Virus record (IMG/VR): IMGVR_UViG_3300011423_000014
Span: 1-43,814 of that record
Direction: 5' to 3' (one strand)
Source: a virus
Lineage: Duplodnaviria; Caudoviricetes
DNA: 43,814 nucleotides
Of this stretch, positions 33,270 through 42,385 are shown one piece after another; the stretch's first letter is position 1, and the number at the start of each line of letters is the position of its first letter. The position numbers and the translations under genes are program-made. Below the pieces are notes generated by a model that made no database searches, had not been told where the DNA came from, and saw nothing but the letters and a program-made list of their open reading frames with translations.

Positions 33270-36200
33270 ATGGCCTTGCCTCCGCCTCCGAAGGGATACG
33301 TCCCGGTAAATGGCCTGACTGTGAGAGCGCCAGCCGGAGGCTTGCCTCCTCCGCCTCCAGGCTTTGTGCCGGTGACTATGCCGGTGTCTGCTTTACCGAA
33401 TCTTCCACCACCTCCCGCCGGCTTCGTGCCGGTGGATCAAGATCTGCTGACTAACTCAGCAGTACACCCGGTTCAACCGGGGGCGGTTGCAACAGGGGGG
33501 CTGAATCCGAGTCCTCCTGCGCTCTCCTGGCAGGGAGCAGTGCAACATCCAGCCGCGTTCGCGGGGCAGGTCTTCGAGCGCACCTTCGATCTGACCGGAG
33601 CAATCCGCGAGTCAGCCGAGGCTACTTTGAAGGGCATCCCCCAAGCTGCCAAGTCCCTGCTCGGCGGCGCACAGAGCGTGGTCGGGACCGTGGAGGATAT
33701 CAACAACCTGACCTCCCGTGTCGGCACGCGCCTGACCGGGAAACCAGACTTAAACTCGCGCGCCCTCTCGAAGAGAATCGCCGACATCAACGTCAGTATC
33801 AAGAAGCCGGATGTCACCTCGCCATCCCTGCAAGAGGGCCTCGCTGATCCGCGTCTCTTGGGACGGGCGGTTGGCGGGGTAGTAGGATCGAGCGCCGTAC
33901 CAATGGCGGCGACTATCGGCGCAGGCGTGGTGGGAGGGATTCCCGGCGCAACGATTGTCTCCACCATGCTGAATGCCGGAGATGTCTTCAACACTCTCAC
34001 CGATGCAGGAATAAATGCCAACGAGGCAGCACTGACGGCGGGCCTTTCGATGGCGGCTCTCGATGCGATCGTGCCGCTGCGGGCGCTCGGTCTGTGGAAC
34101 AAGAAAGGGCTGGAGCAAGCCATCAAGGCGGGCATTGCGAAGACCCCCAAGTCAGTGATTCGCACATGGGCCAAGGAAGCGGCACTCGAAGGTGCGACAG
34201 AGACAGCCCAAGAGGGCATAGCCGCCGGTACGGAAGCAGCTCACGGTATCAAGCAGCCGAATCTTTTCTGGCGACTGGTGAATGCGGGACTCGGCGGAAC
34301 GATGATCGGGTTCGGGGTGGGCGCGGCTGGCCGTCCATCTGCTGCCGAGACTACGGTTGCGCCGCCTCCCCGCTTCGAGCCGATGGGTCCGCCTGCGCCT
34401 CCTCCTGCTGCTCCTGCGCCAGTTGTGGAAGCGAGTGCTCCGCCTCCTCCCGGCTTTGTGCCCGTGCAGCCGAGGCTCTCTAATCGTCCGCAGCCTCTCG
34501 CCACGCCAGCGGTTCGAATGTCTGGCGTGAGCGGAGGGCCTCCCACGCCTACAGCGCCTTTACCTGCTCCAGTCGCGGCGGCTCCTGAGATTCAGCCGAG
34601 CGTGGATATTCAGCCTCCCGCCGGCGACATGGTGATCCAGACCCCGGAAGGCCCTCAGGTCGCAGACAGCGCGCAAGTCCTCACCGACAAAGTCCTCACC
34701 GTAGCCGAGGAAGCGCCGGAAGTGAAACCCGCTGTGCCTCAGAGCACCCTCGATAAGTGGGATGCCGAAGGCAAAGCAGCCGACGACGAACTCCGCCAGA
34801 TGGGTCTGTTCACCGGCGGACGGGCTTCAATGGGCGCCTTCCTCGATCCGAAAGTCATCAGCAAGATGGCGCTCTCGATCCGGGGTGACGTGGCCCGCTT
34901 CGTGATTCATGCCGGCAACGCCGTCGAAAAGATCGTTGCCAAGTTCGGCGAGGACTACCGTCCGATCGCTGTGCAAGTATTCGAGGAGGCGCGGAAGCTG
35001 GCAGGAATGCCCTCTGCTGCGCCGCCAGTTAGCTCAGGAGCGCCCGCTGCCGTTCCGGCGTCCGTCACAGCCACCCCGCTCCCCGGCTCGCCACAGGGCC
35101 AGCCACCGCCATTGCCCACCGAGCCGAGGGACATGCCCTCTCTCCGCACCGAAGGGCTTACCACCTCCCAGCGGATCAACATCGGCATCCGGACCGTGGG
35201 CACGATCAACCGTAACAACCTCCAGTTCCGCCAGATGGCCGAGCAGAACCCCGACTTCCAGCCCATCCAGGACCAGCTTGCCGCCAAGAACCGCATGGAC
35301 CGGACCATCCAGAACTGGAAGAACAAAGGCGGGGATGCGATGGAGGAGTGGAACGCGCTCGGCGAGGAGCGGGGCCGGCAACTGAGCGACTTCAACTACA
35401 CCGTCCAGGATTGGACCCAGAGGGCGAACCGCCCGCTGACCGAGCAGGAAGTGATGCAGCTTGCCGACAAAGCCGGCCTTGACGAGGAGACCGTTACCGT
35501 CTACCAGCGCCAGCAGCAGACCTTCCGCGAATTCTGGGAGGGCTTGCGCCAGGCGGAGGTCTCTGAACTCGAGCGGGAGATCAAAGATCCGGAAGCTCTC
35601 GCCTCGGCCATCGCCACGCTGAACAAGGAGGTCGACGAGAAGGCGCGCAGAAACTACTTTCCATTAATGCGGTTCGGCGACTGGATGGTCACCTCGTACC
35701 TCAAGACCGACGACCCGCAATACCCCTCGGGAAAGAAGGTCCACCGGCACGAGCAATACGCGAGCGAGAAGGCCGCCGAGGAAGCCGCCACCCGGATGGA
35801 GCGCGACTACGCCGCCGCCGGCATCGTCCCGGAAAACGTTACGGTGGGCGAACTGTCCCCAGAGGTACGGGACATGGGCCACCTCCCGCCTTCCATCGCC
35901 GAGAGGCTTGCTTCCAAGCTCAACCTGACCGACAAGCAGCGCGCCGCCTTCGACGACATGATGGCTTCGACGATGGTCGAGCGCTCCGGCCGCCAGCACC
36001 AGAAGTACCGCGAAGGTATTCCCGGATACAGCCGCGACGGCAAGCGCACCGCGGGCGCCTACTTCTCGGCGATGTCGAACCTCATCGGCCGGACGGCGGA
36101 GCGCGGCAATATCCTGCAAGCGGTGAACGATGCGAGGACGTATCGCAAGAACCTGCGCGCCGAGACTCCGGGGCAGTTCGTCAATCTCACCAAGATCAAC

Positions 36201-37919
36201 CACATGATCGAGTTCATGGACGATGCCGCCAAGAACCAGATCAGCCCCAAGGTGCATTCCAACACTCTCAGCGGGGCGATGATGCTGTGGTGGCTCGGCT
36301 ACAACCCCAAGCAGATCCTGCTCAACTTCACCCAGCTCGGCCAAGGCGTGGCCGTCCTGGCGGATCAGGTCGGTCCGGACGGCGGGAAGGTGGGCATCCC
36401 CGCGGCCACCGCGCAAATGCTCAAGGCGATCCGGGATGTGAGCCACGCTTACTCGAAGCGCGTCTTCTCGAAAGACAAGCACAAAGTCGTCGGGGCGCCG
36501 GGGGACCAGCAGAATTACATCGGCAACCTCACCCGCGAAGAATGGGAAGCGCTCGAAAACGCGAGGCTCAGCGGCCTCGTCGGCGAGACCAACGCGAAGA
36601 TGGTGACGCAGCACGCCAAGACTTCGACCCTCGAGAAGCTCGGCGGCAGGATCTCCGGCATCAGCGGAGAGGAGGCCGGCAGGAAGCGGGACGAGCAGCT
36701 CGCCCATCTCGCCGAAGGCAGCATGGCGGGCTTCCAGTGGAGCGAGGAGTGGCTGCGCCGCACGATTCTCGTGGCCTCGGGCAGGGCCATGAAAGCCAAG
36801 GGCAGCGCCAATCCTTGGGGGACCGCCGAGCAGGTGGTCCGCAGTTCGCAGGGGAGCCACGAGGCATCGAACCGCTCGAAGCTGCAGCGGGACTGGCCGA
36901 AGACGCTGATCTTCAAAAGCTTCCTGCTCAACAACGCCTATCTCGGGACGCTGTCCCCGTACCGGCGGAAGATCTGGCTCGCGCAACTGCTGCTGGCCGG
37001 CCTCACCGGCGGCTTTGCGATGGAGCATTTCTTCCAACTCATCGACACGCTCGGCTCCCTGTTCAACTGGCACTTCTTCGGCATGAAGAACCCGCGCGTC
37101 GACCTGCAACACGCCATCCGCGAGTGGGTCAACTGGGGCGCCGGGAAGGCTAGCGTTCCAGGGGCCGGTCCCTACGCGAGCGAGTTCCTGCTGAAGGGTC
37201 TGGCGGGCGGGATACCGGGGAATCCGTGGGATCTGCAGGCGTCGACCTCGCAGGGGAAGGCGCTGCCCTTCATCGAGCAGTTCCTCGACTTGATCAATGG
37301 CACGACCACTCCCCAGAATGCCTTATGGAAAACGGCGGAGGATATTACCGGCCTCGCAGGTTCCACAGCGATGAACGCCACCAAGGCGCTCGTCGAAGAC
37401 AGCCCGACCTCCGAGAACATCATCCGCACCGTCATGCCCAAGGCCGCCTCGCAGCCTTTGCAGGCGCTGCGTGCCCTCGCTGCGGGAGGAGTCAGGGATT
37501 CGAAGGGCGCCAAGCTCATTACGCTCGACCCGAGTAAGCCGCGGGACGTGATCGAAATTGCTGGCATGGCCGCCGGCATCCAGCCCAAGCGCCTCACGCA
37601 GGCGCGGGAGCAGAAGTGGGCGCCCAAGGAATTGAATCTCTACTACGACAACCTGCTCCGGGGTTTGCAGAACGACTACAACAAGGCGCGGGCGACCAAG
37701 GATCCGCAAGTCATCCGGGCGATGAACAAGGAAATCATCCGGATCAACCGCGAGGTTCTGCCGCAGGGATTCAACCGCACGCTCGGCGAGTACCTGGCCA
37801 ATTACCAGAACCGCAACAAGGGCCTGCGGAAGGAAGAGCGGGGTGTTCCGCCGGGAGCGGTGCGGCGGCGCGGCTATGTCAAGGGCTACATGGGAGCCTA
37901 CGGCGAACGCGCACAGTAG
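33270..37919 (+). CDS. Large internal virion (ejection) protein, 1549 aa
   Basis: AAGGAG SD; PPPPxG(F/Y)VPV repeats, EGATETAQE, NYFPLMRFG, LGYN....L.N.TQ; last gene of the virion operon. Confidence 0.75.
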   Translation: MALPPPPKGYVPVNGLTVRAPAGGLPPPPPGFVPVTMPVSALPNLPPPPAGFVPVDQDLLTNSAVHPVQPGAVATGGLNPSPPALSWQGAVQHPAAFAGQVFERTFDLTGAIRESAEATLKGIPQAAKSLLGGAQSVVGTVEDINNLTSRVGTRLTGKPDLNSRALSKRIADINVSIKKPDVTSPSLQEGLADPRLLGRAVGGVVGSSAVPMAATIGAGVVGGIPGATIVSTMLNAGDVFNTLTDAGINANEAALTAGLSMAALDAIVPLRALGLWNKKGLEQAIKAGIAKTPKSVIRTWAKEAALEGATETAQEGIAAGTEAAHGIKQPNLFWRLVNAGLGGTMIGFGVGAAGRPSAAETTVAPPPRFEPMGPPAPPPAAPAPVVEASAPPPPGFVPVQPRLSNRPQPLATPAVRMSGVSGGPPTPTAPLPAPVAAAPEIQPSVDIQPPAGDMVIQTPEGPQVADSAQVLTDKVLTVAEEAPEVKPAVPQSTLDKWDAEGKAADDELRQMGLFTGGRASMGAFLDPKVISKMALSIRGDVARFVIHAGNAVEKIVAKFGEDYRPIAVQVFEEARKLAGMPSAAPPVSSGAPAAVPASVTATPLPGSPQGQPPPLPTEPRDMPSLRTEGLTTSQRINIGIRTVGTINRNNLQFRQMAEQNPDFQPIQDQLAAKNRMDRTIQNWKNKGGDAMEEWNALGEERGRQLSDFNYTVQDWTQRANRPLTEQEVMQLADKAGLDEETVTVYQRQQQTFREFWEGLRQAEVSELEREIKDPEALASAIATLNKEVDEKARRNYFPLMRFGDWMVTSYLKTDDPQYPSGKKVHRHEQYASEKAAEEAATRMERDYAAAGIVPENVTVGELSPEVRDMGHLPPSIAERLASKLNLTDKQRAAFDDMMASTMVERSGRQHQKYREGIPGYSRDGKRTAGAYFSAMSNLIGRTAERGNILQAVNDARTYRKNLRAETPGQFVNLTKINHMIEFMDDAAKNQISPKVHSNTLSGAMMLWWLGYNPKQILLNFTQLGQGVAVLADQVGPDGGKVGIPAATAQMLKAIRDVSHAYSKRVFSKDKHKVVGAPGDQQNYIGNLTREEWEALENARLSGLVGETNAKMVTQHAKTSTLEKLGGRISGISGEEAGRKRDEQLAHLAEGSMAGFQWSEEWLRRTILVASGRAMKAKGSANPWGTAEQVVRSSQGSHEASNRSKLQRDWPKTLIFKSFLLNNAYLGTLSPYRRKIWLAQLLLAGLTGGFAMEHFFQLIDTLGSLFNWHFFGMKNPRVDLQHAIREWVNWGAGKASVPGAGPYASEFLLKGLAGGIPGNPWDLQASTSQGKALPFIEQFLDLINGTTTPQNALWKTAEDITGLAGSTAMNATKALVEDSPTSENIIRTVMPKAASQPLQALRALAAGGVRDSKGAKLITLDPSKPRDVIEIAGMAAGIQPKRLTQAREQKWAPKELNLYYDNLLRGLQNDYNKARATKDPQVIRAMNKEIIRINREVLPQGFNRTLGEYLANYQNRNKGLRKEERGVPPGAVRRRGYVKGYMGAYGERAQ

Positions 37920-37920
37920 C

Positions 37921-38000
37921 GTAGACTAGAGCAGGCCGCGCAGTGTTACTAGCACTGCTACGGCCCTGACCTTATGACCTTTCGAGGAGGCCACATTGGC
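37921..38000 (-). ncRNA. HNH-associated antisense two-hairpin element, copy 4
   Basis: On the - strand, TGTGGCCT-cctcgaa-AGGTCATA and GGGCCGT(A)GCAGTG-ctagtaa-CACTGCGCGGCCT; TAGACT -10 on the + strand at 37922. Confidence 0.7.
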
Positions 38001-38529
38001 TAAGAGAAAGTATAGGCCGATCCCCCCGTTCACTGAGAACGACAAAGAACGTTTCTGGAAAAAGGTAGACAAGACTGGCGACCCGGACGAGTGCTGGTTG
38101 TGGATAGCCAGTGTCAAGAAGAGTGGGTATGGACAGTTTCGTATCGACGGGCGTCCGGTTCTCGCACATCGCGTGGCCTACTTTCTCGGCCACGGCAAAG
38201 ATCCAGGAAAGAAGTGTGTCTGCCACAAATGTGACACGCCTCTTTGTGCCAACCCAAATCATTTGTGGAGGGGTAGCCATGCGGAAAACATCCGCGACTC
38301 CGTATCCAAAGGGCGCTTTACGAACCATCCTTGGCGAAGCCACCCGGAACTTGTGCGGCTTGGAGAACGGAATGGTTTCTCCAAGTTGAAAGAGACTGAG
38401 GTTATCGAGATCAGAGCGCTGTACGCTACCGGACTGTTCAGTCACAGAAAACTTGCGGTGAAGTTCGGGGTTGAGCGGAGCAGCATCTGGCGCATAGTCA
38501 GCCAGAAGAGCTGGCGGCACGTAGTCTAG
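37996..38529 (+). CDS. HNH homing endonuclease with C-terminal HTH (paralog 4)
   Basis: RFWKKVD..CWLW..GYGQF..AHRVAY..VCHKCDTPLCANPNHL..G...EN; GAGGAGG SD with TTG start. Confidence 0.9.
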   Translation: MAKRKYRPIPPFTENDKERFWKKVDKTGDPDECWLWIASVKKSGYGQFRIDGRPVLAHRVAYFLGHGKDPGKKCVCHKCDTPLCANPNHLWRGSHAENIRDSVSKGRFTNHPWRSHPELVRLGERNGFSKLKETEVIEIRALYATGLFSHRKLAVKFGVERSSIWRIVSQKSWRHVV

Positions 38530-39749
38530 GACGGCAGTGAATCCGGTTTGGAACCAAGCCACCTGATCGCTTTGCCACTTTGGTTCATGATCGGCGCGAT
38601 CATGCCCGCTTCCTCCAGGCCCATCAGGATCGATTGGAACGTTCGCCAATCCATCTTCGATTTGAATCGAGCGTAGAGTTCGAGTTGATTTACCGTGCCG
38701 TATTTTCGAAGGGTCTGCTCTATGCGAATCTGCGGACGGAGTTCCTCATGCATTCCAGAGAGGGCGGCTGGCATCGCCTTCTCAGTCGCTTCAAGCATGG
38801 TGATGCTTTCTTCGAGATGGCGTGCGCTGACGACCATGTCATCGCTCTCGGCCGCGCTATGAATCATAGCCAGTTTGTGCGCGTGTGCCTGCCGACGATT
38901 TAAGTAACCACCAAATTCGTCTTCGGATAATCCCACCGGGGGATGGGCGCTGTACTGTGCGTACCACGCTTCGCCCATTCTGTAGGCTTCCTCTGACAAC
39001 GTGAATTCGCCTTGTAGCTTGGCAATCTTGGAGAGGTCTTCCTGCAATAGCCGCGCCATGTTCTCTGTATCACCGGCCCCTTGGCTTGCGGCCATCCTGC
39101 GTGGGTACGCGATCAGAGCCTTCTTGGATTCCGCGTAGACCAAAATACACCGCGACGTGAAGCCCGTGCCGATCAGACTCGGCGGGAGATTATCCTGAAC
39201 CCACGTCGGTGTCGCTCCCGCCAGCACATTCAGAAAAGCCTTCTCGATCTGGCGTCCGCCCCGTCCTACCGTGCGTCGTTTGAAATCTTCGCCGCCATCC
39301 CCGCCCCACAACGCCGTGAGGGTGCTCATTAGTTTCTTATCGTGCGGATTCAGGAACGTGCCCAACTCACCGAGGCAGTACGTGACTGAGGAATGCTTTC
39401 GCATCCCGCCCCTGCTCCGGATACCAGTACCACCGGCGGACGCCTCAACGAATTCATCCACGAGACTTTGCCACGTCAGGCTATCGCTTCCGATGTGGAC
39501 ATTTTTGATTCCCTTGAGCAGCCGCATGCCTGTATTGATTGCTGTCGACTTGCCGCTGCCGGGTGGGCCAAGCAACAAAATATAAAAATTAGGGCACCAC
39601 TCGAAGAAGCCCATTCCGAAATACGTCTTGCCCTGGAGTGCGCCGGCGATCACAGATACGGCGGTCCAGTATCCCCAAACTTCGGGTGGTTCTGTCGCGG
39701 CCGTATAACTCATATACGCTTTGAGCCAGTTCTCAAAGTGCCTGGCCAC
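38526..39749 (-). CDS. DUF3987-like P-loop ATPase (helicase/primase-associated)
   Basis: TEPP..W..W...S.IA.AL, Walker A GPPGSGKST, ELGTFL, L.G.TP.W, GF.SR. Confidence 0.75.
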   Translation of the reverse strand: MARHFENWLKAYMSYTAATEPPEVWGYWTAVSVIAGALQGKTYFGMGFFEWCPNFYILLLGPPGSGKSTAINTGMRLLKGIKNVHIGSDSLTWQSLVDEFVEASAGGTGIRSRGGMRKHSSVTYCLGELGTFLNPHDKKLMSTLTALWGGDGGEDFKRRTVGRGGRQIEKAFLNVLAGATPTWVQDNLPPSLIGTGFTSRCILVYAESKKALIAYPRRMAASQGAGDTENMARLLQEDLSKIAKLQGEFTLSEEAYRMGEAWYAQYSAHPPVGLSEDEFGGYLNRRQAHAHKLAMIHSAAESDDMVVSARHLEESITMLEATEKAMPAALSGMHEELRPQIRIEQTLRKYGTVNQLELYARFKSKMDWRTFQSILMGLEEAGMIAPIMNQSGKAIRWLGSKPDSLPS

Positions 39750-39936
39750 TCTTAGCCTTCCCTTTCACGACGGGCGCGAGCTGGCTCGTCGGCGTGAAGT
39801 GCGAGCAGGTGTCGATAGCGAACTGCGCCGGGTATTCCCACGAGCCGGTCCAGACCCGCGGGTTGAGGGTGCAGATTCCGACGTCCACGTTTCTCTCCTG
39901 CCAGTGCTGGCATTTGCCGCAGGTCTTGTCAGGCAT
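39733..39936 (-). CDS. Small four-Cys protein (HiPIP-like spacing)
   Basis: CGKCQHW...GIC...P....YP.....CSHF. Confidence 0.65.
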   Translation of the reverse strand: MPDKTCGKCQHWQERNVDVGICTLNPRVWTGSWEYPAQFAIDTCSHFTPTSQLAPVVKGKAKSGQAL

Positions 39937-40114
39937 ACTTCTTCTCCTTGCCCTTGCCCTTGCGTATGGCATCCAACTGGTTGCTGATCTTGCGGCCAAG
40001 ATACTCCACGTTGTTGACCATGCTCTCGTGGTGATCACGTTCGGCATCCTTGCCCACCACCCATAGCAAGAACAGGAGTTGTGTCACTTCCTCGTCGGAT
40101 AGTTCGATGTTCAT
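39929..40114 (-). CDS. Hypothetical protein
   Basis: MNIELSDEEV...; ATGA overlap. Confidence 0.6.
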   Translation of the reverse strand: MNIELSDEEVTQLLFLLWVVGKDAERDHHESMVNNVEYLGRKISNQLDAIRKGKGKEKKYA

Positions 40115-40311
40115 GGCTTCTTCGCCTCCTCGCGCGGCTGCCACCGGCCGCACCAGTCCTCGTCGTAGGTGACGGGCCAGCCCCAGTCGTCGTGGTCGGT
40201 GTCGTTGCGCACGGGCGGGTAGATGCGGCAGAGCCCGCTGTTGCGCTTGTCGGGGTAGCTGGTGACTTTGTCCCAGTACCGGCACTCGTAGCAGGTACGC
40301 TCGACGCTCAT
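40111..40311 (-). CDS. Small four-Cys protein (HiPIP-like spacing)
   Basis: CYECRYW...GLCRIYPP....WP.....WCGRW. Confidence 0.7.
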   Translation of the reverse strand: MSVERTCYECRYWDKVTSYPDKRNSGLCRIYPPVRNDTDHDDWGWPVTYDEDWCGRWQPREEAKKP

Positions 40312-40475
40312 GCAGCCCTCGCCGAGCGGATTACTTCCGTCAGCACGCGCTCGGGCACGAGGTCGAGCAGGATCGCCGCCGCTGCCATCACCCGGAGCCT
40401 GGAATCCTCCGGCAGGGGGCCGAGGATACCGAGCACCTCGTTGAACACCTTGATCTCCTCGTCGTAGGCTTTCAT
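40308..40475 (-). CDS. Hypothetical protein
   Basis: MKAYDEEIKVFNEVL...; ATGA overlaps at both ends. Confidence 0.6.
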   Translation of the reverse strand: MKAYDEEIKVFNEVLGILGPLPEDSRLRVMAAAAILLDLVPERVLTEVIRSARAA

Positions 40476-40702
40476 TCGGCCATGCCCCTTGCTGCGATGC
40501 GGCTCATGATGGCTTGTTCGCTGTCGCCCGACTTTCTCCACATCTCAACGTCCTCGAGCGTGACGGGCAGGTAGGGGTAGCCGTGCTCGTCGGGCTCGTG
40601 GCCATGCACGCTCATCGCGTGGCCGCACACCAAGCACTTGCTCACGTAAACTGCTTTCTCGTTGTCCGGATTTTCCGGGGATTTCGGGGCCTCTTCTTCC
40701 AT
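40472..40702 (-). CDS. Hypothetical protein with CxxC..H motif
   Basis: AGGAG SD; CLVCGH...H.H. Confidence 0.6.
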   Translation of the reverse strand: MEEEAPKSPENPDNEKAVYVSKCLVCGHAMSVHGHEPDEHGYPYLPVTLEDVEMWRKSGDSEQAIMSRIAARGMAE

Positions 40703-40711
40703 GTGCTTCTC

Positions 40712-40861
40712 CTAAGATGCTCTCGCCGTTCTAACTGCGATGAGCCTATCATCACGCATAGCCTGTAACACCGCCTCGGTATTGACGCGGGTCCACACCT
40801 TACCCTCGCGCTCGGTGAGGAACCGCTGGATGGAGACTTTCTCAGGCGGCTTGCGTTTCAT
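40712..40861 (-). CDS. 49-aa hypothetical protein (not in ORF track)
   Basis: GGAG SD; MKRKPPEKVSIQRFLTEREGKVWTRVN...; fills a gap in the operon. Confidence 0.5.
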   Translation of the reverse strand: MKRKPPEKVSIQRFLTEREGKVWTRVNTEAVLQAMRDDRLIAVRTARAS

Positions 40862-41078
40862 GTGCCTGCTCCATCTTGGCCTGGGAGATCTTCTCGATCA
40901 CTTCCGCCACCTTACAATCCACCTCAAACGGCTCTTCCCCCGTCCCACGCACCCAGATCTTCGTCGACTCCCGATGGGAATTATGCTCGCTCCAGGACGC
41001 CATCACCGCGACGATAGCGTCCGCCGCCACATATAACTCGCTTTCCCCTGTCGTACTCAACTTGATTAACCTGTTCAT
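40842..41078 (-). CDS. FlbD/SwrD-like small beta protein
   Basis: IKL.......YV..DAI..V......T.I......F.V.....EVIEKI; ATGA overlap with dnaB. Confidence 0.55.
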   Translation of the reverse strand: MNRLIKLSTTGESELYVAADAIVAVMASWSEHNSHRESTKIWVRGTGEEPFEVDCKVAEVIEKISQAKMEQAHETQAA

Positions 41079-42385
41079 ATCCCTTCTGTCTCCCATATCT
41101 GCATATTGGCCGGGTTAAACATCATGCGAACGGTGCCCGTCGCACCGCTACGCTGCTTGGCTACGATCAGGTCGAGCGCGTTGGCCCGTCGCGCCTCGAT
41201 CGCTGCCTTCACTTCCTTCGGGTCGGCGTGCAGGAGCAGCACGATATCGGCGTCCTGCTCAATCGAACCTGACTCTCTGAGATCCTGCAACTCTGGAGCA
41301 CGGGCATCCTTCGCCGGTGTGCGGTTCAGTTGCGACAGCACGAGGAAAGGAACCTGTAAATCACGGGCGGCGATCTTCAAGGCGCGGCTGATCTCACTAA
41401 CTTCCTCAGCGCGGGTCTGCCTCTTCCGCAGAGGGCTGAGTAACTGGAGGTAGTCGATCACCACCAGCCGGATGCCGCCGCACCGGCGCACTGCTGCGAC
41501 GATGGCAGGCACGTTTGCCCCGGTGGTGTCGTCGAGGTACAGGGGAGTGTCAGCAAGCTCGGAGGCTACCCGGTTCAACCGCAACCGGATGTCCGGGTTC
41601 TCCAGGTCGCCTTCGGTGACCACCTTCAGCGGCAGGTTGGCGTGCGAGGCGATCATGCGGAACCAGTTCTCGCGGCTGCCCATCTCCAGCGAGAACACGG
41701 CAACGCCCCGGTCCTTGGCACCGAGCGCAATCAGGGCGGCAGTGGCGCTCTTGCCGAGGCTCGGCCGCGCACCGAGTACCACCAGTTGCCCCGGCAGGAA
41801 CCCGCCGCCGGACAGCATGGAGTTGAAGTAGCTCCACGGGGAGGGGATGGCATGGCTGCGGTCAGGGCGATAGAACGGGACGATGCCTCCGCTCTTCTCG
41901 ACGTACTTGCCGAGGTTCATCAGGTTGGGTGCCTTGCGCTCGGCCCTTGAGGCGGCTTCCCGGAACAGCACATCCGCCGAGTGAAGCTCCTCCACTCCCG
42001 CTCCCGGCATGGCTAGCCGGTTAGCTAGTTCATGGGCGGCGATGATGCCACGCCGTAGCGATGCCTTGACGCGCAGCGTGCCGAGGTAGGTCTCAAGACC
42101 GTAGATGTGCGGCACGCTCAGGCCGGTGAGATAGGTGATACCGCCGACACTATCGTGATGGCCGTTGTCTTTGAGGTGCTGATAGACCGACATGGGAGTG
42201 ATCTCCTGCCCGTTGTCAGAGCACCAGCGGGCGGCGTCGAAGATGCGTTTGTGCTGCTCGATGAAGAACTCATCCCGCTCCAACGTCAGGATGGCGGCGA
42301 CTGCGTCAGCTTCGTTCAGGAGGACTGCGAGCACCAGCTTCTCGGTCTCGATAGCCTCAGGAAGATTGGGGATCGACTGCATCAT
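41075..42385 (-). CDS. dnaB: Replicative DNA helicase DnaB-like
   Basis: LGARPSLGKS, FSLEM, VIDYLQL, EISR.LK..A, LSQLNR, DLRESGSIEQDAD, IVAKQRSG. Confidence 0.95.
   Translation of the reverse strand: MMQSIPNLPEAIETEKLVLAVLLNEADAVAAILTLERDEFFIEQHKRIFDAARWCSDNGQEITPMSVYQHLKDNGHHDSVGGITYLTGLSVPHIYGLETYLGTLRVKASLRRGIIAAHELANRLAMPGAGVEELHSADVLFREAASRAERKAPNLMNLGKYVEKSGGIVPFYRPDRSHAIPSPWSYFNSMLSGGGFLPGQLVVLGARPSLGKSATAALIALGAKDRGVAVFSLEMGSRENWFRMIASHANLPLKVVTEGDLENPDIRLRLNRVASELADTPLYLDDTTGANVPAIVAAVRRCGGIRLVVIDYLQLLSPLRKRQTRAEEVSEISRALKIAARDLQVPFLVLSQLNRTPAKDARAPELQDLRESGSIEQDADIVLLLHADPKEVKAAIEARRANALDLIVAKQRSGATGTVRMMFNPANMQIWETEGI

Noticed and set aside
35664-37112. Long antisense or alternative-frame ORFs over structural genes (also 3970..4923, 26933..27850, 30549..31925)
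   Set aside because: Shadow ORFs caused by GC codon bias; no SD, coupling or domain signal.
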